DNA from: Candidatus Poribacteria bacterium
GTDB lineage: Bacteria > Poribacteria > WGA-4E > WGA-3G
Assembly (NCBI GenBank): GCA_964291315.2
Contig: OZ219753.1
Span: forward strand, 1,344,001 to 1,408,000
Length of the DNA: 64,000 bases
Direction: 5' to 3'
The notes beneath the pieces are model-generated. The model searched no databases. It was given only the letters and a program-made list of their open reading frames with translations, and was not told the origin of the DNA. The translations under genes and the position numbers were made by a program. Of the stretch, positions 10,141 through 20,618 are shown one piece after another; the first letter of the stretch is position 1, and each line of letters starts with the position of its first letter.

Positions 10141-11940
10141 TCAAAGAAAAGTGCCCCCGCGGGTTACACGGACGCTCTGTTTTTTCTCTTGTGTAGGTTC
10201 GTTAATCAAGGCACGGATATTGACAATCTTTTCGCCTTTACGACCAGAAATTTTCGCCCAATCGTCGGGATTTGTCGTGTTCGGCAGGTCCTCGTTTTCT
10301 TGATACTCTTCTTGGATAGCTCCTTTCAGATCATCAAGGCGCATCCCTTTTTCCAACCCATCAGAACCGATAAACCGCTTGATCGCTGTTTTCTTTGCGC
10401 GGGACACGATGTTCTCAATCATCGCACCACTGACAAAATCCTTGAAAAAGAGGGTCTCGCGTTCTCCGCGGGCGTAAGTTACTTCAATAAATCGATTCTT
10501 CTCAGTGGTTGCATACATTTCGTCTACCGCTTCAGTAATAAAGTGTTTTGCGATTGCCTCAGGATCCCCCTCGAATTGCTGGCGGGTATCCTCAGAAAAG
10601 GGCAGCTCTGGTGTTAGGTATATGCCGAAGATGTCTTTAGCACCCTCCGGGCTGGGGCGGTCGATTTTAATCTTAATGTCTAGTCTGCCGGGCCGTAAAA
10701 CCGCTGGATCAAGCAGATCTTGACGGTTGCTAGCTCCAATGACAATTACGTCTCGTAGGTTCTCTATGCCATCAATCTCGGCGAGAAACTGCGGCACAAG
10801 GGTTGACTCCATATCCGATGAGATTCCCATACCTCTGGATCGGAACAGTGAGTCCATTTCGTCAAAGAAGATAATAACCGGGAAACCTTCTCTGGACTTA
10901 TCTCGTGCCTTCTGAAATATCTCTCGAATTTTACGTTCAGTTTCACCAACGTACTTATTGAGGAGCTCGGGGCCCTTGATATTAATAAAATAGCCGCGCA
11001 CTTCGTCCCGGCCGGTTTGCTTGCGAACCCGCTCCGCAATCCCGCTGGCAACCGCACGAGCTATCAAAGTTTTGCCACACCCCGGGGGGCCGTAGAGAAG
11101 CACACCTTTAGGGGGCGAGAGGTTGAATTCTTCGTACTCCTTCGGATACAGATACGGCATCTCAATAGCATCGCGAATTGCCTCTATCTGTGTATCAAGA
11201 CCTCCGATGTCAGCGTATCCGATGTCTGGTACCTCTTCGAGAAAGAGATCTTCAACTTCATGTTTGGGAAGTTTCTCCATGAGCATACTTGTGGTATGGT
11301 TGAGAAGCACGTTATCCCCAGTTTTCAAAACGACCTCTTTGAGAGCTGCAGCGACTCTAACGACACGCTCTTCGTCCATGCGTAAACTAACGATAGCAAG
11401 TTCATCGTCAATCCGTTCTTTAATTTTCACGACCTCGCCATGCCTCTCGGCAGCCTTAACGCCGACAACATTCATCCCGCTGTTGACGATAACTTCCTGT
11501 CCGACCGAGATATCTTGTGCCTTGAGTCCCGGATCAAGATTGACCCGCCATTTTCTGCCGGTAATGTCGACATCAACGGTGCCGTCTTCGTTTGCACCCA
11601 GGAAAACCGCATAATTATTTGGCGGTGCGCTCAGCTGTTCAACCTTTTCCCTGAGTATCTGGAGTTTTTCTTTGGCTTCTTGTAGGGTCCCCGTCAACTT
11701 CTTGTTTCGACGATGCGCCGTCATCAACTCACGCTGCATCTCATAGAGTCGACTTTCAAGATCTTTAACATAGGCTGCACGTTGCTGCTGCCGCATGCCT
11801 TCGAGCTCATCTTGAAGCATATCAACCGTCCCTTGGAGCGTACGAATCTGCTGTTGATACCAGACAGCATCAAATGTATCTTGCTCTTCAAAGGAATCCT
11901 TGGAATTTCCTCTTTTGATAGCCATACGTGAAATTCTCAC
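10141..11940 (-). CDS. arc: Proteasome-associated AAA+ ATPase ARC/Mpa
   Basis: N-terminal coiled coil, OB region, Walker A GPPGCGKT, KGPELLNKYVGETE, Walker B IIFFDEMD, NEDLPNTTNPDDWAKISG; start may be ATG 11925. Confidence 0.95.
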   Translation of the reverse strand: MRISRMAIKRGNSKDSFEEQDTFDAVWYQQQIRTLQGTVDMLQDELEGMRQQQRAAYVKDLESRLYEMQRELMTAHRRNKKLTGTLQEAKEKLQILREKVEQLSAPPNNYAVFLGANEDGTVDVDITGRKWRVNLDPGLKAQDISVGQEVIVNSGMNVVGVKAAERHGEVVKIKERIDDELAIVSLRMDEERVVRVAAALKEVVLKTGDNVLLNHTTSMLMEKLPKHEVEDLFLEEVPDIGYADIGGLDTQIEAIRDAIEMPYLYPKEYEEFNLSPPKGVLLYGPPGCGKTLIARAVASGIAERVRKQTGRDEVRGYFINIKGPELLNKYVGETERKIREIFQKARDKSREGFPVIIFFDEMDSLFRSRGMGISSDMESTLVPQFLAEIDGIENLRDVIVIGASNRQDLLDPAVLRPGRLDIKIKIDRPSPEGAKDIFGIYLTPELPFSEDTRQQFEGDPEAIAKHFITEAVDEMYATTEKNRFIEVTYARGERETLFFKDFVSGAMIENIVSRAKKTAIKRFIGSDGLEKGMRLDDLKGAIQEEYQENEDLPNTTNPDDWAKISGRKGEKIVNIRALINEPTQEKKQSVRVTRGGTFL

Positions 11941-12047
11941 TTTCCAAAACGTATTTTTGACCTCACCGGTGACAGCGAAGATCGGATAGACAAATAAATA
12001 GCCTCAATCGGGCTTCAGGCTTTACGCTAATCATCTCTATTCATTAG

Positions 12048-12076
12048 AGTATAGCACACCGAAAATTTTGTGTCAA
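12048..12076 (-). promoter_or_regulatory. Sigma70 promoter of the Pup-proteasome operon
   Basis: Minus strand TTGACA-17 nt-TATACT with TG extended -10. Confidence 0.75.
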
Positions 12077-12207
12077 GAAAAAATTACAGACTCCGTTTCA
12101 TCAACCCGCTCAGGCGATTTCATATACCTGAAAATTGGAAACTTTAAACGAAAAACGGGCGGTATCAGAAATTCGTGCCGTAAAGGTCCAGCACTTCACG
12201 CTATAGC

Positions 12208-13251
12208 CTACCCTTCGTCTTCCGTGTCTTCTTCAGGAATCGCCCCCGCTGTTGGGGGGAGTGACAGATTCAGCGATTCTCGTATCTTGGCTTCTATCTC
12301 TGCCATAATCTCCGGATTATCTTCGAGATATTTCTTAGAGTTCGTCCTGCCTTGACCGATGCGTTCTCCGTTGTAAGCGAACCAAGAGCCGCTCTTCTGA
12401 ATAAATTCTCTGTCAACAGCAATATCTAAGAGATTGCCCTCTTTGGATATCCCCTTCCCGAAGGTCAAATCGTACTCTGTCTCTTTAAAAGGCGGGGCAA
12501 CTTTATTCTTTACGACCTTGATCCGGACGCTACTCCCAAGGACGTCAGTACCCTCTTTGATCTGTTTACCGCGGCGGAGTTCTAAACGAACAGAGGCATG
12601 AAACTTAAGGGCGAGTCCACCCGGCGTCGTATCCGGGTTACCGAACATGATTCCAATTTTTTGGCGGATCTGGTTGGTAAAAATGACACACGTCCGAGAT
12701 TTATTGGTGACCCCCGACAATTTACGAAGTGCCTTAGACATCAAGCGAGGCAGCAGTCCAACGTGTGCATCGCCCATTTCGCCCTCAATTTCAGCTTGCG
12801 GGGTTAAGGCTGCCACAGAGTCAACAACAACGACATCAATAGCCCCACTGCGAATGAGAGTCTCAACAATTTCCAAGGCTTGTTCCCCGGCATCAGGCTG
12901 CGCGATCAGCAAGTTTTCCATGTTGACCCCGATACTTCGAGCGTACGTCGTATCGAGGGCGTGCTCAACATCAATGAAGACAGCTGTGCCCCCCAATTTT
13001 TGGGCTTCAGCCACAATATGGAGCGCCAAAGTGGTTTTCCCTGTGCCTTCATGTCCAAAAATTTCGGTGATCCTGCCGCGCGGGACTCCCCCGACACCGA
13101 GCGCGAGGTCAAGTGAAAGAGCCCCTGTTGGAATTGCCTCAACAGGCACCACCTCGTCACTAGCGAGGCGCATAATGGAACCCTTACCAAATTCACGTTC
13201 TACTTGTGAGATCGCTTGGTTAATCGCTTGCTGCTTTTGTTCATCTTGCAT
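12208..13251 (-). CDS. recA: Recombinase A
   Basis: [10 protein letters not shown], Walker [39 protein letters not shown]. Confidence 0.98.
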   Translation of the reverse strand: MQDEQKQQAINQAISQVEREFGKGSIMRLASDEVVPVEAIPTGALSLDLALGVGGVPRGRITEIFGHEGTGKTTLALHIVAEAQKLGGTAVFIDVEHALDTTYARSIGVNMENLLIAQPDAGEQALEIVETLIRSGAIDVVVVDSVAALTPQAEIEGEMGDAHVGLLPRLMSKALRKLSGVTNKSRTCVIFTNQIRQKIGIMFGNPDTTPGGLALKFHASVRLELRRGKQIKEGTDVLGSSVRIKVVKNKVAPPFKETEYDLTFGKGISKEGNLLDIAVDREFIQKSGSWFAYNGERIGQGRTNSKKYLEDNPEIMAEIEAKIRESLNLSLPPTAGAIPEEDTEDEG

Positions 13252-13311
13252 GTTTTAGCGGTTTCTCCTTTATGGCACCTACTGCCAAAAATAGTTTTTT
13301 GTATTCTGGAA

Positions 13312-13896
13312 TTACGTAGAAAAATGACATAAGTTCAACGGCGTATAGACCGCCCCGTTCGGATGCAGGCGACTCTGCATGAGTGTCATTTCGTTCACAT
13401 TCATGAGAGCCCCGTCAATTGTATCGTATCGTTGTAGCATGTCTCTCAACGGTTTCAGATTCATCGGAGCTCGAAGCCGGGCAACTGTAAGGTGTGGATG
13501 AAAACGTTTGTCTATAGCGAAACCGAGATGCCTTAGCTCAAGATTTACGACACTTGCAAGACGTGAGACGGTCGGCGCCCCATGTTTGACACCTACCCAC
13601 AGCACACGCGGACGACTCAAATTTGGAAACGCCCCGATCTTACCGAATTCAATCGAAAAGGAGGATTGGACAGCTGCCAAGCTTTGCATGACTTTACCGA
13701 CACCTTCAACTGCTGGCGCGTGAACATCGCCCAAAAACTTTAGCGTGAGATGAAAGTTTCCAAATTTTGTCCATGAAGCTTTACGAATCTCCGGGTTAAG
13801 GCAGGTTTGCATGTGTTGCAGCGACTTTTGTATCGATTGCGGTATCTCAATAGCCACAAAGCAGCGAACAATCCCACGTTTAGCCGCCATGATCAT
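13312..13896 (-). CDS. thpR: RNA 2',3'-cyclic phosphodiesterase (2H family)
   Basis: RCFVAI N-terminus, two HxT motifs (FHLTL, PHLTV), PRVLWVG; usual position before recA. Confidence 0.9.
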   Translation of the reverse strand: MIMAAKRGIVRCFVAIEIPQSIQKSLQHMQTCLNPEIRKASWTKFGNFHLTLKFLGDVHAPAVEGVGKVMQSLAAVQSSFSIEFGKIGAFPNLSRPRVLWVGVKHGAPTVSRLASVVNLELRHLGFAIDKRFHPHLTVARLRAPMNLKPLRDMLQRYDTIDGALMNVNEMTLMQSRLHPNGAVYTPLNLCHFST

Positions 13897-14513
13897 GCCC
13901 CTGTTTCCGGATCGTAACGTCTCAAATGCGCCAAGGCAAACAAAAATTTGCGGTTGTTGACGAGAAATTCCACGCCGGATGCAACAGTGAGAATTAGGGG
14001 TAAAAGCATCATAAAAAAGATGGGGCCCCGGTTCCGCACAATTAATGCCGAATTCAACTCGCTCTGAAAAGCGAGCAGAGCTAAACCCGCAGCCGCTACA
14101 ATCAGCTGCGAAACCATCTTATACTTCCCCCATTGGCTTGCCGAAACAACTCGTCCATATTTTGTCATAAAAACGACTCGCAAAATTGTAACGAGGACTT
14201 CACGCCCCATGATGATGACAACCATCCACATCGGAATAAGCCCATCTTCAACATGTTTAAAGAAAGCGAGACAGAGTAAAGTAGCACCAATGAGCAGCTT
14301 GTCAGCAAGCGGATCCATAAATTTTCCGAAACTAGTCACGCCTTGCCTTCGCGCGATTCTGCCATCAAGATTGTCTGTTACTGCCGCAATAAGAAAAATA
14401 ATGAGCGCTGGAACCATCATATCTGTCTGAAAACAGAATATGAATGGCGGTATCAAGAATAAACGTAACAGCGTCAGAAGATTTGCTAACCGCAAAAGGA
14501 CACTGAAATTCAT
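13893..14513 (-). CDS. pgsA: CDP-diacylglycerol--glycerol-3-phosphate 3-phosphatidyltransferase
   Basis: ANLLTLLR, DNLDGRIAR...GKFMDPLADK CDP-alcohol phosphotransferase motif. Confidence 0.88.
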   Translation of the reverse strand: MNFSVLLRLANLLTLLRLFLIPPFIFCFQTDMMVPALIIFLIAAVTDNLDGRIARRQGVTSFGKFMDPLADKLLIGATLLCLAFFKHVEDGLIPMWMVVIIMGREVLVTILRVVFMTKYGRVVSASQWGKYKMVSQLIVAAAGLALLAFQSELNSALIVRNRGPIFFMMLLPLILTVASGVEFLVNNRKFLFALAHLRRYDPETGA

Positions 14514-14555
14514 ATTATATTGGAAAAATGTTAGAGATACCCTAATCGGAGCTCT

Positions 14556-15302
14556 CTATTTTTTTTCGGAAAGATCGATCACCTCAGCATCTTCAGGCAC
14601 AACAAACCTGAAAAGATCCCGTGCCAACTGTTTATCTCTTTCAATCTGTGTGAGCTTGACAATGACGCTCTGACGGGTTCCGTCCTCAAATCGGGTTTCG
14701 TAGCCAAATTGCACAGGTAGCCATTCACCCGTCTTTACCCAAATTTGCAGCGTTTCCTGGGCGTTCGTACTTACCATATGAAGTTTAGGCTGCAGCTCGA
14801 TGTGATGGATCCCTTTCGGGTTTGCAAATTCGTCGGGAATCAACGCCATATCATAGTTCTGTTGAACATTCTCAAGCGAGGCCCCGATACCGGGAAACAA
14901 CTCTCGCCGTTCCGGATTGTTCAACTTCATCTTATTGACTTGGTTGAGTATAGGTGTATAGGTCCAACCGTATTCCCCATCCAAAACAGTGAGTTGGACA
15001 ACTTTTGAGGTATCTTTCCGATCGACGTATTCTTTGCGGAGCAGATTTGGTCTACGGAATATAAAGCGCCCACGGGCGACGCTCTTCTTATTCGCGAAGA
15101 GCGTGGTTTCCTCAAAGTTCGCACTAAAATTTTCAGACTTCTCATAAGCCGTTTTGAAATTATGAAAAATTTCATCGACAGTTTGAGGATATACACGGTT
15201 GGCAGATAGTAGGAAGAGGAGGATAACTGCTACCAGCCACTTTTCAAAATGTGAGGGTTTGCGCAAAATTCTGCCTCTACCTCTATAGGTCCGCCGAATC
15301 AT
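14556..15302 (-). CDS. LolA-like outer-membrane lipoprotein carrier protein
   Basis: Signal/TM segment, FSANFEET, GRFIFRRPNLLRKEY, C-terminal FRFVVPEDAEVID. Confidence 0.75.
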   Translation of the reverse strand: MIRRTYRGRGRILRKPSHFEKWLVAVILLFLLSANRVYPQTVDEIFHNFKTAYEKSENFSANFEETTLFANKKSVARGRFIFRRPNLLRKEYVDRKDTSKVVQLTVLDGEYGWTYTPILNQVNKMKLNNPERRELFPGIGASLENVQQNYDMALIPDEFANPKGIHHIELQPKLHMVSTNAQETLQIWVKTGEWLPVQFGYETRFEDGTRQSVIVKLTQIERDKQLARDLFRFVVPEDAEVIDLSEKK

Positions 15303-15365
15303 TTCATCACCCTTTCCTATTTGACCAAATTGTGTGTTGGAAAACTAATTTCATACTATTATAGT

Positions 15366-15395
15366 ATTATAGCACAATCTATTTTCATATGTCAA
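15366..15395 (-). promoter_or_regulatory. Sigma70 promoter for lolA-pgsA-thpR-recA
   Basis: Minus strand TTGACA-18 nt-TATAAT with TG extended -10. Confidence 0.65.
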
Positions 15396-15401
15396 TCTTT
15401 T

Positions 15402-15779
15402 TCAATTAGCCAAGCGCGTCCAATCGGTTAGGATAACTTCAAGACCCTCGGGGTCGTCTAATGCACAAAAAACGAGACGCTCTAATACTTGGGCAATAGA
15501 CTCATCGCGGAATATCGCCTGAAACCAGTTTGCAAAGCTCTTAATTGCCTCTGGAGATTCGGCAGATGCCCAGAAGACGACACGACAAAAATCGAGGCCT
15601 TCGTCCACCCGCTTGTCAGAAATCTGAACATTTTGCGGAAAATCCCGAAAAATCGGCAAAAGGTCCGCCACTAACATCACTAGGTCATGATTGAGATACG
15701 ATATCTCTGGCAGAATATCGAAATGGACAGCATATTTATGTAACGGTAAATCCTGGCGGATATCGCCTCGGTTTTGCAT
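15402..15779 (-). CDS. Hypothetical protein (125 aa)
   Basis: ATG with GGAG RBS, protein-like composition, fills the gap between lolA promoter and metH. Confidence 0.55.
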   Translation of the reverse strand: MQNRGDIRQDLPLHKYAVHFDILPEISYLNHDLVMLVADLLPIFRDFPQNVQISDKRVDEGLDFCRVVFWASAESPEAIKSFANWFQAIFRDESIAQVLERLVFCALDDPEGLEVILTDWTRLAN

Positions 15780-15799
15780 AGGTTTCTCCAGACTTTAAG

Positions 15800-15829
15800 T
15801 GGACAAAACGGTGTCCAACGTGGTATACT
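15800..15829 (+). promoter_or_regulatory. Putative metH promoter with overlapping palindrome
   Basis: TGGACA-18 nt-TATACT (TG extended -10); TGGACA-N6-TGTCCA palindrome at 15800-15817. Confidence 0.5.
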
Positions 15830-15912
15830 ATCTTGTAGCTTTAATGCATAGGCACTAGGACGTTTGGGCAATGTAGGCACGTGCATCTATCAAAGGACAC
15901 AATATATATTCT

Positions 15913-18900
15913 ATGGCACATTCTCAACAAATAACACTTAAAAATGAACTGAAGAAGCGGATCCTGGTCCTTGACGGGGCGATGGGATCACTGCTACAAA
16001 CCTACCGATTGACAGAAGACGATTTCCGTGGGGAAAAATTTGCCAATCACCCTTGTGAGCTCAAAGGTTACAACGATCTGCTTTCAATAACGCAACCCCA
16101 CATCGTAAGAGAAATACATGCCAACTATTGCAATGCCGGGGCGGACATCATCGAAACAAATACCTTTACCAGTACATCGATATCAATGGCGGACTATCAG
16201 CTTCAGGATATTGCCTATCAAGTTAACTATGCAGCTGCACGCATCGCCCGCGAGGTTGCAGATAAATGGACATCACCGGACAAACCACGTTTCGTTGCCG
16301 GGAGCATGGGACCTACCAATCGAAGCTGCTCCATTTCGCCACATGTGAACGATCCGGGCTATCGGAATATCACCTTTTCACAACTTGTCTCTGCATATAC
16401 CACACAAGCGGAAGGCCTGATTGATGGCGGCGTTGACCTCATCCTTATCGAGACCGTCATGGATACACTTAACTGTAAAGCCGCACTCTTTGCCGTACAA
16501 GCCCTCATTGAAACAAGAGCTATTGACATGCCACTCATCGTCTCCTCCGACAGAAGCGGCGGCGGCGGCAGAAACCTCTCCGGACAAACAGTCGAAGCTT
16601 TTTGGAACTCTGTTCGACATGCCGATTTGAGCGCTGTAGGGCTGAACTGCGGCTTCGGCTCGCAACAGATTCGCCCCTACCTTGCCGAAATGTCCAAAAT
16701 AGCCGATATACCTGTTATCTGTTATCCGAACGCCGGGCTTCCGAATGAACTCGGACACTACACACAGACCCCCGAAGAAATGGGTAATTGGATGCGCGAA
16801 TTCGCAGAAAACCAACTCGTCAACATCGTCGGCGGTTGCTGCGGCAGCCACCCTGAACATATTGAAGCTGTTGCTAAGATCGCCGCTGAATACCCACCCC
16901 GCGAACCTAGACCACAAAAACACGCCTGCCGCCTCAGCGGCTTGGAGGCGTTCAACATCACGCCCGACTCTCTCTTTGTTAACGTTGGAGAACGCACAAA
17001 CGTAACGGGATCGCGCCGATTCGCAACACTCATCAAAAACGATGACTATGAGACAGCCTTAGAAGTGGCACGTGACCAAGTGGAAAACGGGGCACAGATG
17101 GTTGACATCAACATGGACGCGAGTATGTTAGACGCCAAAACCGCAATGGTCAAGTTCCTTAACCTCATTGCAGCAGAACCCGACATCAGTCGAGTGCCTA
17201 TCATGCTAGATTCCAGCCGATGGGAGGTTATAGAAGCAGGATTAGCGTGTGTTCAGGGCAAGGGTGTCGTCAACTCAATTAGTTTAAAAGAGGGCGAGGA
17301 AGACTTCTTATCAAAGGCACGCCAAGTCCGCCAATATGGTGCAGCGGTTATCGTCATGGCCTTCGACGAAGACGGACAAGCGGATACCCGCGAACGGAAG
17401 GTGGAAATCTGCCGTAGAGCATATCGACTCTTGACAGAAGAGGCCGGGTTGCCCCCAGAGGACATTATCTTCGATCCCAATATTTTTGCGGTTGCAACAG
17501 GTATTGAGGAACATAACGCATACGCAAAGGCATTTATAGAGGCGTGTGAAGAAATCAAAACCGCATGCCCACACGCCCTCCTCAGTGGCGGTGTCAGCAA
17601 TATTTCATTCGCTTTCCGGGGTAATGATGCCATCAGAGAGGCGATGCACGCAGCCTTTCTCTATCATGCGATTAACGCCGGCATGGACATGGGAATCGTC
17701 AACGCCGGGCAGCTCGCTGTCTATGACGATTTGCCAAAGCCACTTTTGGAGGCAGTAGAAGATGTTTTGTTCGATCGCAGAGAAGACGCGACCGAACGCC
17801 TCGTTAATCTCGCTAACACGCTGCGCGGAAAAGGCAAAAAGAAGCGTGTGAATCGGAGATGGCGCAAATTGCCGGTTGAAGAGCGACTCCGTCATGCACT
17901 CGTTGAAGGAATCCTTGAATACATTGAAGCGGACACAGAGGAAGCACGGCAAAGCTACGAACGTCCGATACAGGTGATTGAGGGGCCATTGATGGACGGC
18001 ATGAACCGCGTCGGTGAACTTTTTGGGGACGGGAAAATGTTCCTACCCCAAGTGGTGAAAAGCGCACGCGTGATGAAAAAAGCTGTCGCACACCTCACCC
18101 CCTACATTGAAAAGGAACAAGCAGCCGGCGCTATCCCATCGAGAGGCAAAATTGTGATGGCAACCGTGAAGGGCGATGTTCACGACATCGGGAAAAATAT
18201 CGTCGGAGTTGTACTCGGATGCAACAACTACGATATTGTCGACCTCGGGGTCATGGTCCCTGCAGAAGATATACTGGAAACCGCTCGCAAAGAAAACGCT
18301 GATATCATCGGATTGAGTGGACTCATCACTCCTTCATTAGATGAAATGGTAAACGTCGCCGAAGAGATGGAACGTGAAGGTTTTCGGATACCGCTGCTCA
18401 TCGGCGGGGCGACGACCTCAAAGGTGCATACCGCTGTTCAGATCGAAACGGCTTATAGCGGCTTAACAGTTCACGTCAAAGATGCCTCCCGAAGCGTGGG
18501 GGTTGTCGGCAATTTAATGAACAACGAAAAACAGCAGAAATTCACACAGCAGACGCGGGAGGAATACGCAGATATTCGGGAACGACGTGCAAAACATCGG
18601 AAACAGGCGAAGCTGCTACCGTTTGACGTGGCACAACAGCGGAAATTTACGCCGGATTGGCGGAGCTATCGCCCCGCTACGCCCCAACAGCTCGGCACCC
18701 AAGTCTTTGACGATTATCCGTTAGCCAAACTCATAGATTATATCGATTGGAGCCCCTTTTTCACCACCTGGGGACTCCGCGGGAAATACCCCGATATCTT
18801 GGAACACGCGGACGTCGGGACGGAAGCCCGTAGACTGCTTAAAGACGCAAAAACACTTCTCTATACCATCATTGAGCAGAAAAAACTCCAAGCCCGGGCT

Positions 18901-19584
18901 GTTGTCGGGCTTTTCCCAGCCAACGCGGTTAGCGAAGATACTGAGATTTACGCAGACAACGCACGAACAAAGGTGACCGCTACGGTGCACCACCTCCGTC
19001 AACAGACAGAACAACCTTTTATGAGACCCAACCTGAGCCTCGGTGATTTCATCGCCCCCAAGGCAACAGGCATTCAAGATTATATCGGGGCTTTTGCTCT
19101 AACAACTGGGAGCGGCGTCTCTGAGCTGTGTGCTGAATTTGAGCGGAAGCAGGACGATTATAACAGTATTATGACAAAGGCACTAGCAGACCGCCTGGCA
19201 GAGGCATTCGCGGAAAAGATACATCAACACGTCCGGACAACACTTTGGGGCTACATCCCAGATGAGGCACTGGATAACGCGGCTTTAATCGCCGAACGGT
19301 ATCGCGGAATTCGCCCCGCACCAGGCTACCCCGCCTGTCCCGACCACAATCAAAAACGGGTGTTGTTTGACTTGCTGAACGTTACAGAAAACACCGGGAT
19401 CGCTCTCACTGAAAACCTAGCGATGTTCCCAGCCGCATCTGTGAGTGGATGGTACTATTCCCACCCAGATGCCCGATATTTCAGCATTGCCAGAATTGGG
19501 GAAGATCAAGCCGCGAACTATGCAGAACGAATTGGAATGGACCTAGAGACAGCAAACCGGTGGCTTAAGCCGCTGCTGACATGA
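15913..19584 (+). CDS. metH: Cobalamin-dependent methionine synthase
   Basis: LDGAMGS, GGCCG Zn site, [17 protein letters not shown] cobalamin motif, [12 protein letters not shown]. Confidence 0.97.
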   Translation: MAHSQQITLKNELKKRILVLDGAMGSLLQTYRLTEDDFRGEKFANHPCELKGYNDLLSITQPHIVREIHANYCNAGADIIETNTFTSTSISMADYQLQDIAYQVNYAAARIAREVADKWTSPDKPRFVAGSMGPTNRSCSISPHVNDPGYRNITFSQLVSAYTTQAEGLIDGGVDLILIETVMDTLNCKAALFAVQALIETRAIDMPLIVSSDRSGGGGRNLSGQTVEAFWNSVRHADLSAVGLNCGFGSQQIRPYLAEMSKIADIPVICYPNAGLPNELGHYTQTPEEMGNWMREFAENQLVNIVGGCCGSHPEHIEAVAKIAAEYPPREPRPQKHACRLSGLEAFNITPDSLFVNVGERTNVTGSRRFATLIKNDDYETALEVARDQVENGAQMVDINMDASMLDAKTAMVKFLNLIAAEPDISRVPIMLDSSRWEVIEAGLACVQGKGVVNSISLKEGEEDFLSKARQVRQYGAAVIVMAFDEDGQADTRERKVEICRRAYRLLTEEAGLPPEDIIFDPNIFAVATGIEEHNAYAKAFIEACEEIKTACPHALLSGGVSNISFAFRGNDAIREAMHAAFLYHAINAGMDMGIVNAGQLAVYDDLPKPLLEAVEDVLFDRREDATERLVNLANTLRGKGKKKRVNRRWRKLPVEERLRHALVEGILEYIEADTEEARQSYERPIQVIEGPLMDGMNRVGELFGDGKMFLPQVVKSARVMKKAVAHLTPYIEKEQAAGAIPSRGKIVMATVKGDVHDIGKNIVGVVLGCNNYDIVDLGVMVPAEDILETARKENADIIGLSGLITPSLDEMVNVAEEMEREGFRIPLLIGGATTSKVHTAVQIETAYSGLTVHVKDASRSVGVVGNLMNNEKQQKFTQQTREEYADIRERRAKHRKQAKLLPFDVAQQRKFTPDWRSYRPATPQQLGTQVFDDYPLAKLIDYIDWSPFFTTWGLRGKYPDILEHADVGTEARRLLKDAKTLLYTIIEQKKLQARAVVGLFPANAVSEDTEIYADNARTKVTATVHHLRQQTEQPFMRPNLSLGDFIAPKATGIQDYIGAFALTTGSGVSELCAEFERKQDDYNSIMTKALADRLAEAFAEKIHQHVRTTLWGYIPDEALDNAALIAERYRGIRPAPGYPACPDHNQKRVLFDLLNVTENTGIALTENLAMFPAASVSGWYYSHPDARYFSIARIGEDQAANYAERIGMDLETANRWLKPLLT

Positions 19585-19689
19585 AAAAATTGCGCTTTTG
19601 ACAGATTGCCGTAGCGGCGAAGCCGCCGCGCAACTAATAGCTGGCTACGATACAAACAAAAACCGTTCCATCTTCTATAAAGAAACCTT

Positions 19690-20580
19690 ATGCAAACATC
19701 ACATAAATATTTAGACCCGGTCGCCCTTTCCCGGATTGGCGGGTTAGAGCTTGTTGCAAGGCTCGTCGTTGAGGGATTCGTCACGGGCTTGCACAAGAGT
19801 CCATATCAAGGATTTAGCGTCGAATTCGCAGAACACAGGCAATATATGCCAGGCGATGAAATCCGCTATATCGATTGGAAAGTCTACGGAAAATCCGATC
19901 GGTATTATATCAAAAAATTTGAGGAGGAAACCAATCTGCGGGCATACCTTCTCCTTGATAAGAGTGCATCCATGAACTACAAGCATGCAGAGGACGGGTT
20001 GACGAAGTTTGAATACGGTTGTTATCTCGCAGCAACCCTCACCTACCTTATGCTGAAGCAACGGGACTCCGTCGGACTAGCGCTCTTCGATACCGCTATC
20101 ACACAATATATTCCGCCAAGAGGCGCCGCAACGCACCTACGGGCAATTATGACCGCCTTGGAAAATGCGACTCCGGGACAGGAAACACGGTTGAGCAGCC
20201 TCTTCCACGAACTCGCCAAACGCATCGTGAGACGTGGGTTAGTTATTGTTATCTCCGATCTGCTCGACGATCCCTCGCAAGTCATTTCCGCCTTGAAGCA
20301 TCTACGGCATAAGAAACACGAAGTGATTGTCTTTCATCTACTCGATCCTGCCGAACTCGCCTTCCCTTACACCGGTTCTGTCGTCTTTCGCGATATGGAA
20401 ACAGGACAAACGCTTTCAACACAAGCCGATACGTTAAAAACAGATTATCTTCAGAAACTCAACGAGTTTATCCAGAGCTATCGTAGAGGCTGCGGCGCAA
20501 GCCAGATTGATTATATTCAGATGGATACCGCAACGCCCTTTGATTACGCACTATCTGCCTATCTATCCCGCCGAAAATAG
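19690..20580 (+). CDS. DUF58 / VWA-associated protein
   Basis: GLHKSPYQGFSVEFAEHRQYMPGDEIRYIDWK, DKSASM MIDAS-like motif, VISD. Confidence 0.9.
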   Translation: MQTSHKYLDPVALSRIGGLELVARLVVEGFVTGLHKSPYQGFSVEFAEHRQYMPGDEIRYIDWKVYGKSDRYYIKKFEEETNLRAYLLLDKSASMNYKHAEDGLTKFEYGCYLAATLTYLMLKQRDSVGLALFDTAITQYIPPRGAATHLRAIMTALENATPGQETRLSSLFHELAKRIVRRGLVIVISDLLDDPSQVISALKHLRHKKHEVIVFHLLDPAELAFPYTGSVVFRDMETGQTLSTQADTLKTDYLQKLNEFIQSYRRGCGASQIDYIQMDTATPFDYALSAYLSRRK

Positions 20581-20618
20581 TCTTCCCCTCGGACATTAAC
20601 CGTTCTCTTAGAGGGTTT

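Noticed and set aside
15830-15912. SAM/SAH/cobalamin riboswitch before metH
   Set aside because: Leader is short and has none of the conserved aptamer motifs
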